Source: Minisyncoccota bacterium (lineage in GTDB: Bacteria > Patescibacteriota > Minisyncoccia > Phycocordibacterales > JACOZG01). Taken from it: a DNA stretch of 63,841 nucleotides. The stretch spans positions 1-63,841 of the forward strand of contig JAGVGK010000005.1 in the NCBI GenBank assembly GCA_020057185.1. Direction: 5' to 3'. The notes below the pieces were generated by a model. It saw only the letters and a list, made by a program, of their open reading frames with translations, ran no database searches and was not told where the DNA came from. Below are positions 1-7,047 of the stretch, in pieces (within the stretch, counting starts at the first letter, position 1; every line of letters begins with the position of its first letter). The translations under genes were made by a program, and so were the position numbers.

Positions 1-125
1 CCCGACTTTACGTCGGGGCTACAAGCTATCACAACCACACCAAACAAGCGCGACGAGAATGAGCGCGAGTGAAGATGGAAAACGCGTACCACAACCTTCC
101 CTAACATTCGGAGGGCGTCTTTCAT
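1..125 (-). CDS. Possible 5' part of a hypothetical protein running off the window edge (MKDALRMLGKVVVRVFHLHS...)
   Basis: ATG at 125..123, open to position 1; below the ORF-track cutoff. Contains a TAGCTTG-type unit and a CCCGAC/GTCGGG hairpin at 1..30. Confidence 0.2.
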   Translation of the reverse strand, partial: MKDALRMLGKVVVRVFHLHSRSFSSRLFGVVVIACSPDVKS

Positions 126-206
126 CAGGTATTTAATTACTCAAATTATATCATTTTTGGTACTTAAAACTTAGCGGAAGAGCAAGATAAGTGGGGATAA
201 GATTAC

Positions 207-2573
207 CTATTGATTTAACCCGTGGCACTTTTTATATTTTTTGCCGGAACCGCAGGGGCAGGGGTCATTGCGCCCGACTTTTTTGATATTGCCGGCTGAT
301 GATGGCGCGACTAGATTAATTATTGGATTACGCAAGGTCGAACCTTGCGTTGCTAGCTGCTTCACTGCCGTGGCCACATCGTCCGCCATGGTCGCTTCCA
401 TTTGTTTGAAAAGTTGCAATCCCTCTCGTTTATATTCCACCAACGGATCGCGCTGACCATAAGCACGCAAGCGGACACTCTGCTTGAGATAATCCATCGC
501 TTCGAGATGATCCACCCACAGTCGATCAATCGCTTGGAGTGTAATTTGCCGATCCGGACTATCGCTAAAAAGAATGGCCTGCCGGCGACCGTACATAATC
601 ACCCGCTGATAATTCAAAACCGTATCATATTCGAGCAACTGCCGACGGGAGTCGAAGTTGAAACCTTCGATCTTGGCTTGCGCACTTTCAATCGCGCGCG
701 CCACCAAACGATTCTCAATCGGCTGATCATCCGGCACCCCGAGCCGGCGCATCATGGATTTAACTTTATCAGAGACAAACACTCGCGCCAAACTATCATC
801 GAAGGAAATAAAAAATTGCGTCGTGCCCGGATCGCCCTGCCGGCCGGACCGACCCCGAAGTTGATTATCAATCCGACGCGCCTCATGACGCTCGGTGCCT
901 AAAACAAAAAGTCCACCGAGACGGCGCACTTCGTCGAGCTCGGTTTCTGTCGCCTTCGCTCCGCCCAACTTGATGTCTACGCCACGACCAGCCAAGTTCG
1001 TGGCAATCACCACGCTCCCCTTCCGCCCCGCTTCAGCAATGATGGCGCCTTCTTCTTCATGATTCTTGGCGTTCAAGAGACGATGGGGCACACCTTCACG
1101 TGTGAGATAAGCCGAGACCAATTCGTTTTTATCAATCGACACGGTGCCGACGAGAACGGGCTGACCCAATTGATGAAGTTCCTTCAATCGTCGCGCCACG
1201 GCCACAAATTTCCCCGCTTCGGTTTGGAAGACTAAATCTGTGAGATCAGTTCGTTGGCTTGGACGATTAGTCGGCACCGCCACCACCTCGAGACCATAGA
1301 CTTTTCGAAACTCCTCGGCGGAAGTTAAGGCCGTGCCGGTCATACCCGCGAGCTTCCCGTAAAGCTTGAAATAATTTTGAAGTGTCACGCTGGCGTAAGT
1401 TCGAGATTCGTCTTTCGTCGCGACACCCTCCTTCGCTTCAATCGCTTGATGTAAACCATCAGACCACCGGCGACCGGGCTGAAGCCGACCGGTGAATTCG
1501 TCCACGATAATCACTTCGCCACCTTTAACCACATAATCATGATCGCGGTGGAAAAGCGCTTTGGCGCGCAACGCCGTCTCGAGGTGGTGAACATATTTAA
1601 TTCCTAAATCAGTATAAAGATTATCCACTTTCAATGATTTTTCGGTGCGGGCAATTCCTTCTTCTGTCACGCTAATTGTCTTCAATTTCTCATCGACCGT
1701 ATAATCCGTCACTGGTTCGTAATTATTAACGAGTTTAGCGAAAATTTGGTACAAACTATCCGAAGCGGCGACCGGCGCCGAAATAATAAGCGGGGTGCGC
1801 GCTTCGTCAATCAAGACCGAATCCACTTCATCCACGATGGCAAAGTGATGTTTGGGCCTGGCGGGCAGAATAATTTGCGAGACTTGGTCAGTTTGATAAG
1901 CTAGATTGTCACGAAGATAATCAAAACCGAATTCGTTGTTCGTGCCATAAGTGATGTCGGCTTCATAGGCTTCGCGCCGAGTGCACGGTTTTAGAAATTC
2001 ATGAAAAACTTGATAACCGCCACTCTGATCGCGCGCGGGATCAACTTCGCTGTGTGCCGAATCATAACGATAAGCCGTCTCGTGATTGATCACGCCGACC
2101 GATAAACCGAGCGCATCATAAATTTGTCCCATCCACACCGCATCCCGGCGCGCCAAGTAATCATTAACAGTGACCACATGCACCCCGCGCGCCGATAGAG
2201 CATTGAGATAAGCCGTGAGCGTTGTGACTAAAGTTTTCCCTTCACCCGTTTTCATCTCGGCAATTTTCCCTTGGTGCAAAATTATTCCGCCGAGCAATTG
2301 AACATCGAAATGTCTCTGCTTGAGCGTCCGCTTGGCGGACTCGCGCACCAGCGCGAAAGCGTGAGGCAATAAATCGTCGAGGGTCTCGCCCGCCTTGCCG
2401 TCGGGCAGGTCCGTCTCTAAACGAGCCCGTAATTTAGCCGTTTCCGCCTTAAGTTCCAAGTCAGAGAGACTGGCAAAACGGGGTTCTAATTCATTGATCT
2501 TAATCACTGTTGGTTCAAGTGATTTCAAGTAGCGGTCATTCCCCGTCCCGAAAATTTTTCCAATAAGTGACAT
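207..2573 (-). CDS. secA: Preprotein translocase ATPase SecA
   Basis: Motor motifs MKTGEGKTLV, DEVDSVLIDEARTPLIIS and TNLAGRGVDIKLGG; C-terminal zinc finger CPCGSGKKYKKCHG. ATG at 2573 (MSLIGKIFG) preferred over the GTG at 2591. Confidence 0.97.
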   Translation of the reverse strand: MSLIGKIFGTGNDRYLKSLEPTVIKINELEPRFASLSDLELKAETAKLRARLETDLPDGKAGETLDDLLPHAFALVRESAKRTLKQRHFDVQLLGGIILHQGKIAEMKTGEGKTLVTTLTAYLNALSARGVHVVTVNDYLARRDAVWMGQIYDALGLSVGVINHETAYRYDSAHSEVDPARDQSGGYQVFHEFLKPCTRREAYEADITYGTNNEFGFDYLRDNLAYQTDQVSQIILPARPKHHFAIVDEVDSVLIDEARTPLIISAPVAASDSLYQIFAKLVNNYEPVTDYTVDEKLKTISVTEEGIARTEKSLKVDNLYTDLGIKYVHHLETALRAKALFHRDHDYVVKGGEVIIVDEFTGRLQPGRRWSDGLHQAIEAKEGVATKDESRTYASVTLQNYFKLYGKLAGMTGTALTSAEEFRKVYGLEVVAVPTNRPSQRTDLTDLVFQTEAGKFVAVARRLKELHQLGQPVLVGTVSIDKNELVSAYLTREGVPHRLLNAKNHEEEGAIIAEAGRKGSVVIATNLAGRGVDIKLGGAKATETELDEVRRLGGLFVLGTERHEARRIDNQLRGRSGRQGDPGTTQFFISFDDSLARVFVSDKVKSMMRRLGVPDDQPIENRLVARAIESAQAKIEGFNFDSRRQLLEYDTVLNYQRVIMYGRRQAILFSDSPDRQITLQAIDRLWVDHLEAMDYLKQSVRLRAYGQRDPLVEYKREGLQLFKQMEATMADDVATAVKQLATQGSTLRNPIINLVAPSSAGNIKKVGRNDPCPCGSGKKYKKCHGLNQ

Positions 2574-2581
2574 AAGGTAAA

Positions 2582-2590
2582 ATCTTAGCA
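2582..2590 (-). promoter_or_regulatory. Extended -10 element TGCTAAGAT, 8 nt upstream of the secA ATG (near-leaderless)
   Basis: Reverse complement of atcttagca. Lies directly after the T-run of the upstream terminator; no Shine-Dalgarno sequence present. Confidence 0.45.
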
Positions 2591-2591
2591 C

Positions 2592-2632
2592 AAAAAAACA
2601 GAATCCCCCAGTCGGGGGATTCTGTTTTTTTT
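2592..2632. terminator. Bidirectional intrinsic terminator (11-bp stem, A7/T8 flanks)
   Basis: aaaaaaa-CAGAATCCCCC-agtc-GGGGGATTCTG-tttttttt. Starts at the stop codon of the 20-codon ORF. Confidence 0.85.
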
Positions 2633-2693
2633 ATCGGCGTTTCTTGGTTGCCTTTTTCTTTCCCTTCTTTGCTACTTTCTTTTTCTTAGCCAT
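2631..2693 (-). CDS. 20-aa lysine-rich peptide MAKKKKVAKKGKKKATKKRR (small basic protein or leader peptide)
   Basis: ATG 2693..2691, TAA 2633..2631. Own sigma70-like promoter upstream and a strong terminator immediately downstream. Below the track cutoff. Confidence 0.4.
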   Translation of the reverse strand: MAKKKKVAKKGKKKATKKRR

Positions 2694-2775
2694 TTTATTT
2701 TTGTTTAAAAAATTATTGGTAACAAGCTAGGCTAGAGCAACCGACCGTAACTTATTTGCTCTCGCTGACTTCTTT

Positions 2776-2804
2776 ATTATCGCGCGAAAAAACTTTCCCG
2801 ACAA
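2776..2804 (-). promoter_or_regulatory. Sigma70-like promoter TTGTCG-17-GATAAT
   Basis: Read on the minus strand, about 75 nt upstream of the 20-codon ORF. Confidence 0.4.
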
Positions 2805-2833
2805 TCTTTTTTTACAAAAAAATGTGGATAACT

Positions 2834-3001
2834 TTATTTGTGAAGTGTCGGCGTGCGAAAACCAATCAACGCAATCACGATCGTGCCGACAAGTGTGATG
2901 AGTAAAATATAATTAACATTAAGATTGTGATTCTTAATCACGATGTAAGTCGTGGAGATCCAAACAATGATTAGCGACAGCGCCGTCCACGGGTATTTCA
3001 T
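2834..3001 (-). CDS. Small two-TM membrane protein (55 aa, MKYPWTALSLIIVWIS...)
   Basis: ATG 3001, TAA 2836..2834. Two hydrophobic helices. Paralogue of 5830..5985 (shared M[KR]YxWT..WIS...GFR pattern). Confidence 0.55.
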   Translation of the reverse strand: MKYPWTALSLIIVWISTTYIVIKNHNLNVNYILLITLVGTIVIALIGFRTPTLHK

Positions 3002-3004
3002 AGA

Positions 3005-3658
3005 TCAAATAAATTTTACACTACCTAAAATTCTTTTAAACATGGGCTGTAAATCACTTGAGAAGTGTTTAATATCAAAAGAGTTTGAAGCCAACCTGAA
3101 ACGATAGAGATATTGATCTTTGATGATGCAGGCCGCTTGATAAATATTGCCGTCTATATAATCACTGCCCACATTACCAGGTTTATGTAAAACGGGAAAC
3201 AAATTCCATGAACCAGCGTTTGTCTCATAAACAACGGGCTGATAATCAAGACATGAAAATTTTGCTTCTGTACTACCGTTAGTTATCGCGCTGACAAACA
3301 AACAAAAAGGGGTACAAGCCTTTCTTCCTTCTTCTTGGTCGGCATCAAAATAAACATAAAGACTTGTGAATGAAGAAAAATTTGATACCACCAAATTATT
3401 TGGATACTTAAACTCAAGCCCATATTTTTCATTCCGATAAGTTTTCCAATCAGAAGTATCATCTAGAGCTGTGGTTGTGGGCCAAACCCATAAACCTAAA
3501 CCAATCGCTAGAAGAATTAAAATGGCGGCAACGAAATAGCGATTCCGCGCTGACTTTACTTTGGGCGTGTCGACACCCGCTTCGCCAAATCGAGGCGAGT
3601 CGGTGGACAAACTCGGTGTTGACATGGGTTCTTGTGACTGGGACATTTGGTCGTTCAT
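3005..3658 (-). CDS. Membrane-anchored hypothetical protein
   Basis: Polar N-terminus, one TM helix (YFVAAILILLAIGLGLWVW), then an extracytoplasmic domain starting YRNEKYGLEFKYP, similar to the start of 58660..59214. Confidence 0.6.
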   Translation of the reverse strand: MNDQMSQSQEPMSTPSLSTDSPRFGEAGVDTPKVKSARNRYFVAAILILLAIGLGLWVWPTTTALDDTSDWKTYRNEKYGLEFKYPNNLVVSNFSSFTSLYVYFDADQEEGRKACTPFCLFVSAITNGSTEAKFSCLDYQPVVYETNAGSWNLFPVLHKPGNVGSDYIDGNIYQAACIIKDQYLYRFRLASNSFDIKHFSSDLQPMFKRILGSVKFI

Positions 3659-3676
3659 GGTTTTATTAAATCACGA

Positions 3677-4051
3677 TCATCCTAATGATAAAACCTCGAC
3701 AAATTTCTTAATTTTCTTGGCTAAAGTTTTATCATTGGTCACCAATATCGCTTGTTTTGAAATCGCAGTCGCAGCGATAATCGAATCCGCCAGAGAAAGA
3801 TCCGTATTTCTTTTTAATTTAATGGCGACTGAAGCAACATTACCAAGCAAACTTACCTCGCCAAATAAGTCAATAAATTTTTCTGCCTCATACAAATCAT
3901 TTCCCTTAAGTTCTGGAAAGCACAAAGTTTCTATTTTACTGATAGTTGAGATCGCTAAATATTCTGATTCGAGATGATTTTTGATCCACTCCTTGATGGA
4001 AGCATCCCCGCTCAAGTGGCCGATTAAGATATTCGAATCAAGAATATACAT
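3677..4051 (-). CDS. vapC: PIN-domain toxin, VapC-like
   Basis: 124 aa. Acidic PIN residues in the usual contexts: ILDSN, SKIETL, LADSIIAA, VTND. Confidence 0.8.
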   Translation of the reverse strand: MYILDSNILIGHLSGDASIKEWIKNHLESEYLAISTISKIETLCFPELKGNDLYEAEKFIDLFGEVSLLGNVASVAIKLKRNTDLSLADSIIAATAISKQAILVTNDKTLAKKIKKFVEVLSLG

Positions 4052-4057
4052 AAAATC

Positions 4058-4264
4058 TTACTTGTACTGTCTTTCCATTCTTTTCTCCCACTCTTTTCTG
4101 GTCTTTCTTTGATAAGCAACGGGCGATATTTTGGTTTTTCCATTCCCCTTTATTAGCCCGTAACTTCTCTCTAGCACACTAAGTTCAGGCTTTGCCCAAC
4201 CCAGTAATTGCTCAAGGTTTTTGTCATAATCTATCTCCGTCTTTAATTGTGTGTTTTTTAACAT
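4058..4264 (-). CDS. Putative cognate antitoxin (VapB position)
   Basis: 68-aa ORF ending 6 nt before vapC. The call rests on position and size only. Confidence 0.5.
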   Translation of the reverse strand: MLKNTQLKTEIDYDKNLEQLLGWAKPELSVLERSYGLIKGNGKTKISPVAYQRKTRKEWEKRMERQYK

Positions 4265-4276
4265 ATCGTCATCATA

Positions 4277-5833
4277 TCACGCTTTTAAAAGCTGTCGAAT
4301 TTCTTCGTAGTCCTCGGCGTAGGCGGAGATGATGTTGATTAAACGCTCTTTCGCCACGCCGAGTTGCTCTTTTTCGGCGTCTTTAACTTCGAGTAATTGT
4401 TCGAAACTGAAATGCGCTGTCGAATCCGTGGCCTCTTCCAATTTAACTTCTTGAGTTTGGGCCATAATTAATTCTTCCGCCACACCCAACGGATAACTGG
4501 CAAAAAAAGAATTAAGCGCCCGAATAATATCAAACCCGGGCGCAAGTTTGACTGCCACCATATCGGCAATCACCAGAGTTCGGAAAAAAATCACCACTTC
4601 GCGCGGTAAATAAATTTGGTAATCACGTGTTTTGAGTAAAATTTTTGAAAAAACCAGCGAAGAAGTTAAGTGCTGATAATTAGGTAAAGTTTTCTCTTCA
4701 TACCACGGCGTGAGAATCCCTTCCAAATCAAGTTGTAAATTATCGAGCATAATCTCTTCCAATTTATCAACCACTTTGGCATACCGTTTATAAGTGTCTG
4801 GTTCTTTCAGTTTAAATAAATCAACTTCATCGGCCATCGCCGTCTTCGCAAAATGGAGAAAGTGCTTACTCGAAAAAGCCAGATCGCGCCGAGCGATGCC
4901 GTAAATAATCCGCAAGAGATCCAACCGCGTCTTCCCCACCTGACCGATAATTCCGAAATCGAAATAACCCAACCGATTATTTGAAGCGAAAAAGAGATTC
5001 GCCGGATGCGGATCAGCATGGAAAAAACCATCAATGAAATACTGGCGCATAATGTCAAAAACGAAATAATACGCTAGCTCTTCGGTGTGGATAGAATGGT
5101 TGGTGAGAAGTTCGTCGCGGTATTTCGGATTTTTTTCCAATTCTTTAAGCACCGTTTCCACTGAAAAGACTTCCGCCATATCTTCACTGACTAACACTCG
5201 CTCAGTGGACCACTCGGCGTAAGCTCGCGGGATAATCGTCCGCGGATGACTTTCGCTATGACGCGCGAGAATTTGCGAATTGGTTAACTCCTCGCGGAAA
5301 TCGAGTTCGCGCCGACTCCAAGCGATAAATTCTTTGACCACATCTTGAATTTGGAAAGTATTAAATAAACGGAAAAAACTAAGGAGTCGGCCGAGAACGC
5401 GCGCCAACAAAAAATCAGTCTCGAAAACTTGACGGATTGCCGGCCGTTGAATTTTGACCACAACGGGAGTGCCGTCGGACAACCGCGCGCGGTAAACTTG
5501 AGAGATCGACGCCGAGGCAATTGGTTTGGATTCGAATTTTTGAAAAACGGCTTCCGGCGGTTGGCCGATTTCGTCAATAAAAACTTGGCGCATCGCCGAG
5601 TACGGCGACACCCTGATTCGCGACAAGAGATTAAGCAACTCATTCGCGTACCGAGGTGGAATGAGATCGTGACGAAGCGAAAGAATTTGTCCGAGTTTGA
5701 CGAACGCCCCACCCGCTTGCTCGAAGAAAAGTCGCAGGCGGACTTCCGGCGTTACTTCCCGTTTTAATAACAACCGGATACTAATCCGACCAATGTCCCA
5801 AAATCTGGTTAAAAAATCTAGCCCGCTCATCAT
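4277..5833 (-). CDS. ubiB: ABC1/UbiB-family atypical protein kinase
   Basis: Motifs PIASASISQVYRA, VVVKIQRP, HADPHPANLF, FDFGIIG. Confidence 0.9.
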   Translation of the reverse strand: MMSGLDFLTRFWDIGRISIRLLLKREVTPEVRLRLFFEQAGGAFVKLGQILSLRHDLIPPRYANELLNLLSRIRVSPYSAMRQVFIDEIGQPPEAVFQKFESKPIASASISQVYRARLSDGTPVVVKIQRPAIRQVFETDFLLARVLGRLLSFFRLFNTFQIQDVVKEFIAWSRRELDFREELTNSQILARHSESHPRTIIPRAYAEWSTERVLVSEDMAEVFSVETVLKELEKNPKYRDELLTNHSIHTEELAYYFVFDIMRQYFIDGFFHADPHPANLFFASNNRLGYFDFGIIGQVGKTRLDLLRIIYGIARRDLAFSSKHFLHFAKTAMADEVDLFKLKEPDTYKRYAKVVDKLEEIMLDNLQLDLEGILTPWYEEKTLPNYQHLTSSLVFSKILLKTRDYQIYLPREVVIFFRTLVIADMVAVKLAPGFDIIRALNSFFASYPLGVAEELIMAQTQEVKLEEATDSTAHFSFEQLLEVKDAEKEQLGVAKERLINIISAYAEDYEEIRQLLKA

Positions 5834-5985
5834 TTCGAGCGGAAACCGATATAGGCCAGAATAACCGTAATCGCCATAACGAAGAAAAAGAAAATTTCGG
5901 GATCGGTGAGACGATTCGAAACCATTAGAATCGAAGCCGAGATCCAGATAAATAAAATAGCAACGGAAGTCCAGGTGTAACGCAT
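5830..5985 (-). CDS. Small two-TM membrane protein (51 aa, MRYTWTSVAILFIWIS...)
   Basis: ATG at 5985. Stop overlaps the ubiB start (ATGA). Paralogue of 2834..3001. Confidence 0.55.
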   Translation of the reverse strand: MRYTWTSVAILFIWISASILMVSNRLTDPEIFFFFVMAITVILAYIGFRSK

Positions 5986-6019
5986 AATATATTTAGGTTC
6001 ACAAATATCCCGACCCAAC

Positions 6020-6230
6020 TGTGGCCAGCGGGTGCGAGCTCCAAAAACTAAATGTCTTTATGTGAGTGCGACCGCCGGCCACAACTAGGCCCGAAAGATC
6101 ACAGTTTTAGTATACCAAATATCAGTCGGCACGCAAATCCCCCGTCGCCGAAGCTAAGGGGGGCTTGCGCAAGACATCTAACTTATCAGAGCTCGTTCTC
6201 TCCGCCGAAGGCGGAAAGAAAAGCACTCAC
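6020..6230 (-). ncRNA. Candidate structured RNA, or a long structured 5' leader of the small-TM/ubiB operon
   Basis: GC-rich island in otherwise AT-rich spacers. Stems are perfect on the minus strand if G-U pairs are allowed but carry A-C mismatches on the plus strand (GUGGCCGGCGG/CCGCUGGCCAC; CUUUCCGCC-UUC-GGCGGAGAG). A cUUCGg tetraloop is enclosed by CCCCC/GGGGG. Long-range complementarity GUGAGUGC/GCACUCAC. No known family recognised. Confidence 0.35.
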
Positions 6231-6236
6231 CTTCTG

Positions 6237-6265
6237 ATGCTAGCAAATCGCCTCTTAAAAGTCAA
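6237..6265 (-). promoter_or_regulatory. Sigma70-like promoter TTGACT-17-TAGCAT driving the structured RNA/leader
   Basis: Reverse complement of agtcaa (6260..6265) and atgcta (6237..6242), with a 17-nt spacer. Confidence 0.4.
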
Positions 6266-6294
6266 GCCCAAAGTGGATAACTACTCCTACTTAA

Positions 6295-6303
6295 TGCTAA
6301 AAT
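6295..6303 (+). promoter_or_regulatory. Extended -10 TGCTAAAAT, 6 nt upstream of the ATG at 6310 (leaderless mRNA predicted)
   Basis: tgctaaaat-attccg-ATG; no Shine-Dalgarno sequence. Confidence 0.5.
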
Positions 6304-6309
6304 ATTCCG

Positions 6310-6939
6310 ATGCGCGCTTACGCTTACATTGACGCTTCAAACTTATTTTACGGCGGTAAAAAATCTCTCGGTTGGAGTGTTGATTTTGAAAAACTTTACA
6401 AATATCTTCAGCACCGGTTTGAGGTATCTCGGATCTATTATTTTGGCGGTGTGGAAATTCATAAATTTCCTTTTGACTATCTAGCTAATGATACCGTTTC
6501 TTTAAAAGATTTGGAAAAATATCTTGTCGAGTATGTTGAGAAAAATAAAAACAATTTGACCAGTGCTAAACTCGCACTTCTTGATCGTCATCTGAAACAA
6601 GTACACTTCTACCAAAAACTCGAGAAATTTGGCTTCCAACTCGTGCTGAAGCCAGTGAAAATGTATGGGGACGAAGAAGGTAATCAAAAACGCAAAGCAA
6701 ATTGCGATGTGGAGATGGCCTTCTATCTTATGCGAGATAAAAATGAGTTTGAGCGCGTTGTGGTACTTTCTGGCGATGGAGATTTTTTACCCGTATTAAA
6801 ACATCTTCGTGAAGTCGGTAAAAAAGAAGTTCTAGTCCTCGCCCGTGGACCGAGAACCGCCAAAGAAATCAAGCAATTTGCCGGAGACAAATTTATGGAT
6901 TTCACTAACAATCTGCGAGATCGTCTTGAGAGAATTTAG
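6310..6939 (+). CDS. NYN/LabA-like (DUF88) PIN-fold nuclease domain protein
   Basis: Motifs YAYIDASNLFYG, CDVEMAFYL, VVLSGDGDFLPV. Paralogue of 60482..61042. Confidence 0.8.
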   Translation: MRAYAYIDASNLFYGGKKSLGWSVDFEKLYKYLQHRFEVSRIYYFGGVEIHKFPFDYLANDTVSLKDLEKYLVEYVEKNKNNLTSAKLALLDRHLKQVHFYQKLEKFGFQLVLKPVKMYGDEEGNQKRKANCDVEMAFYLMRDKNEFERVVVLSGDGDFLPVLKHLREVGKKEVLVLARGPRTAKEIKQFAGDKFMDFTNNLRDRLERI

Positions 6940-6944
6940 ACATT

Positions 6945-6983
6945 TTAAAAAACAGCGAACGGCACCCATTTAGGATGCCGTTC
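6945..6983 (-). terminator. Intrinsic terminator for the O-antigen-ligase-like gene, between convergent genes
   Basis: GAACGGCA-11 nt-TGCCGTTC, followed on the minus strand by gcTGTTTTTT. Confidence 0.7.
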
Positions 6984-7047
6984 AAGTCTGATACTACTAG
7001 TATATCCAAGCCAAACTTCTTGTCAACACTTTTAAGGTAGTGGATAA

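Noticed and set aside
241-902. Plus-strand ORFs of 71 and 166 aa opposite secA.
   Set aside because: They lie entirely inside the strongly supported secA CDS on the other strand, have no motifs, and have an odd composition. They are antisense shadow ORFs.
4807-5712. Same-strand alternative-frame ORFs of 83 and 142 aa inside ubiB.
   Set aside because: They are nested in the ubiB CDS in other frames, with Arg/Ser-rich composition and no supporting signals.
6052-6237. 61-aa plus-strand ORF in the 6.0-6.3 kb spacer.
   Set aside because: It is Pro/Arg/Ser-rich with no start-site signals. The region is better explained as structured RNA, and the helix mismatches favour minus-strand transcription.
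2823-7047. DnaA-box-like motifs. There is a perfect TTATCCACA (reverse complement of 2823..2831) and one-mismatch copies at 6272..6280, 7039..7047, 14352..14360 and 45123..45131.
   Set aside because: The copies are isolated and spread over kilobases. There is no cluster, AT-rich unwinding element or adjacent dnaA/dnaN, so this is not an oriC. They may be chance occurrences or part of promoter regions.
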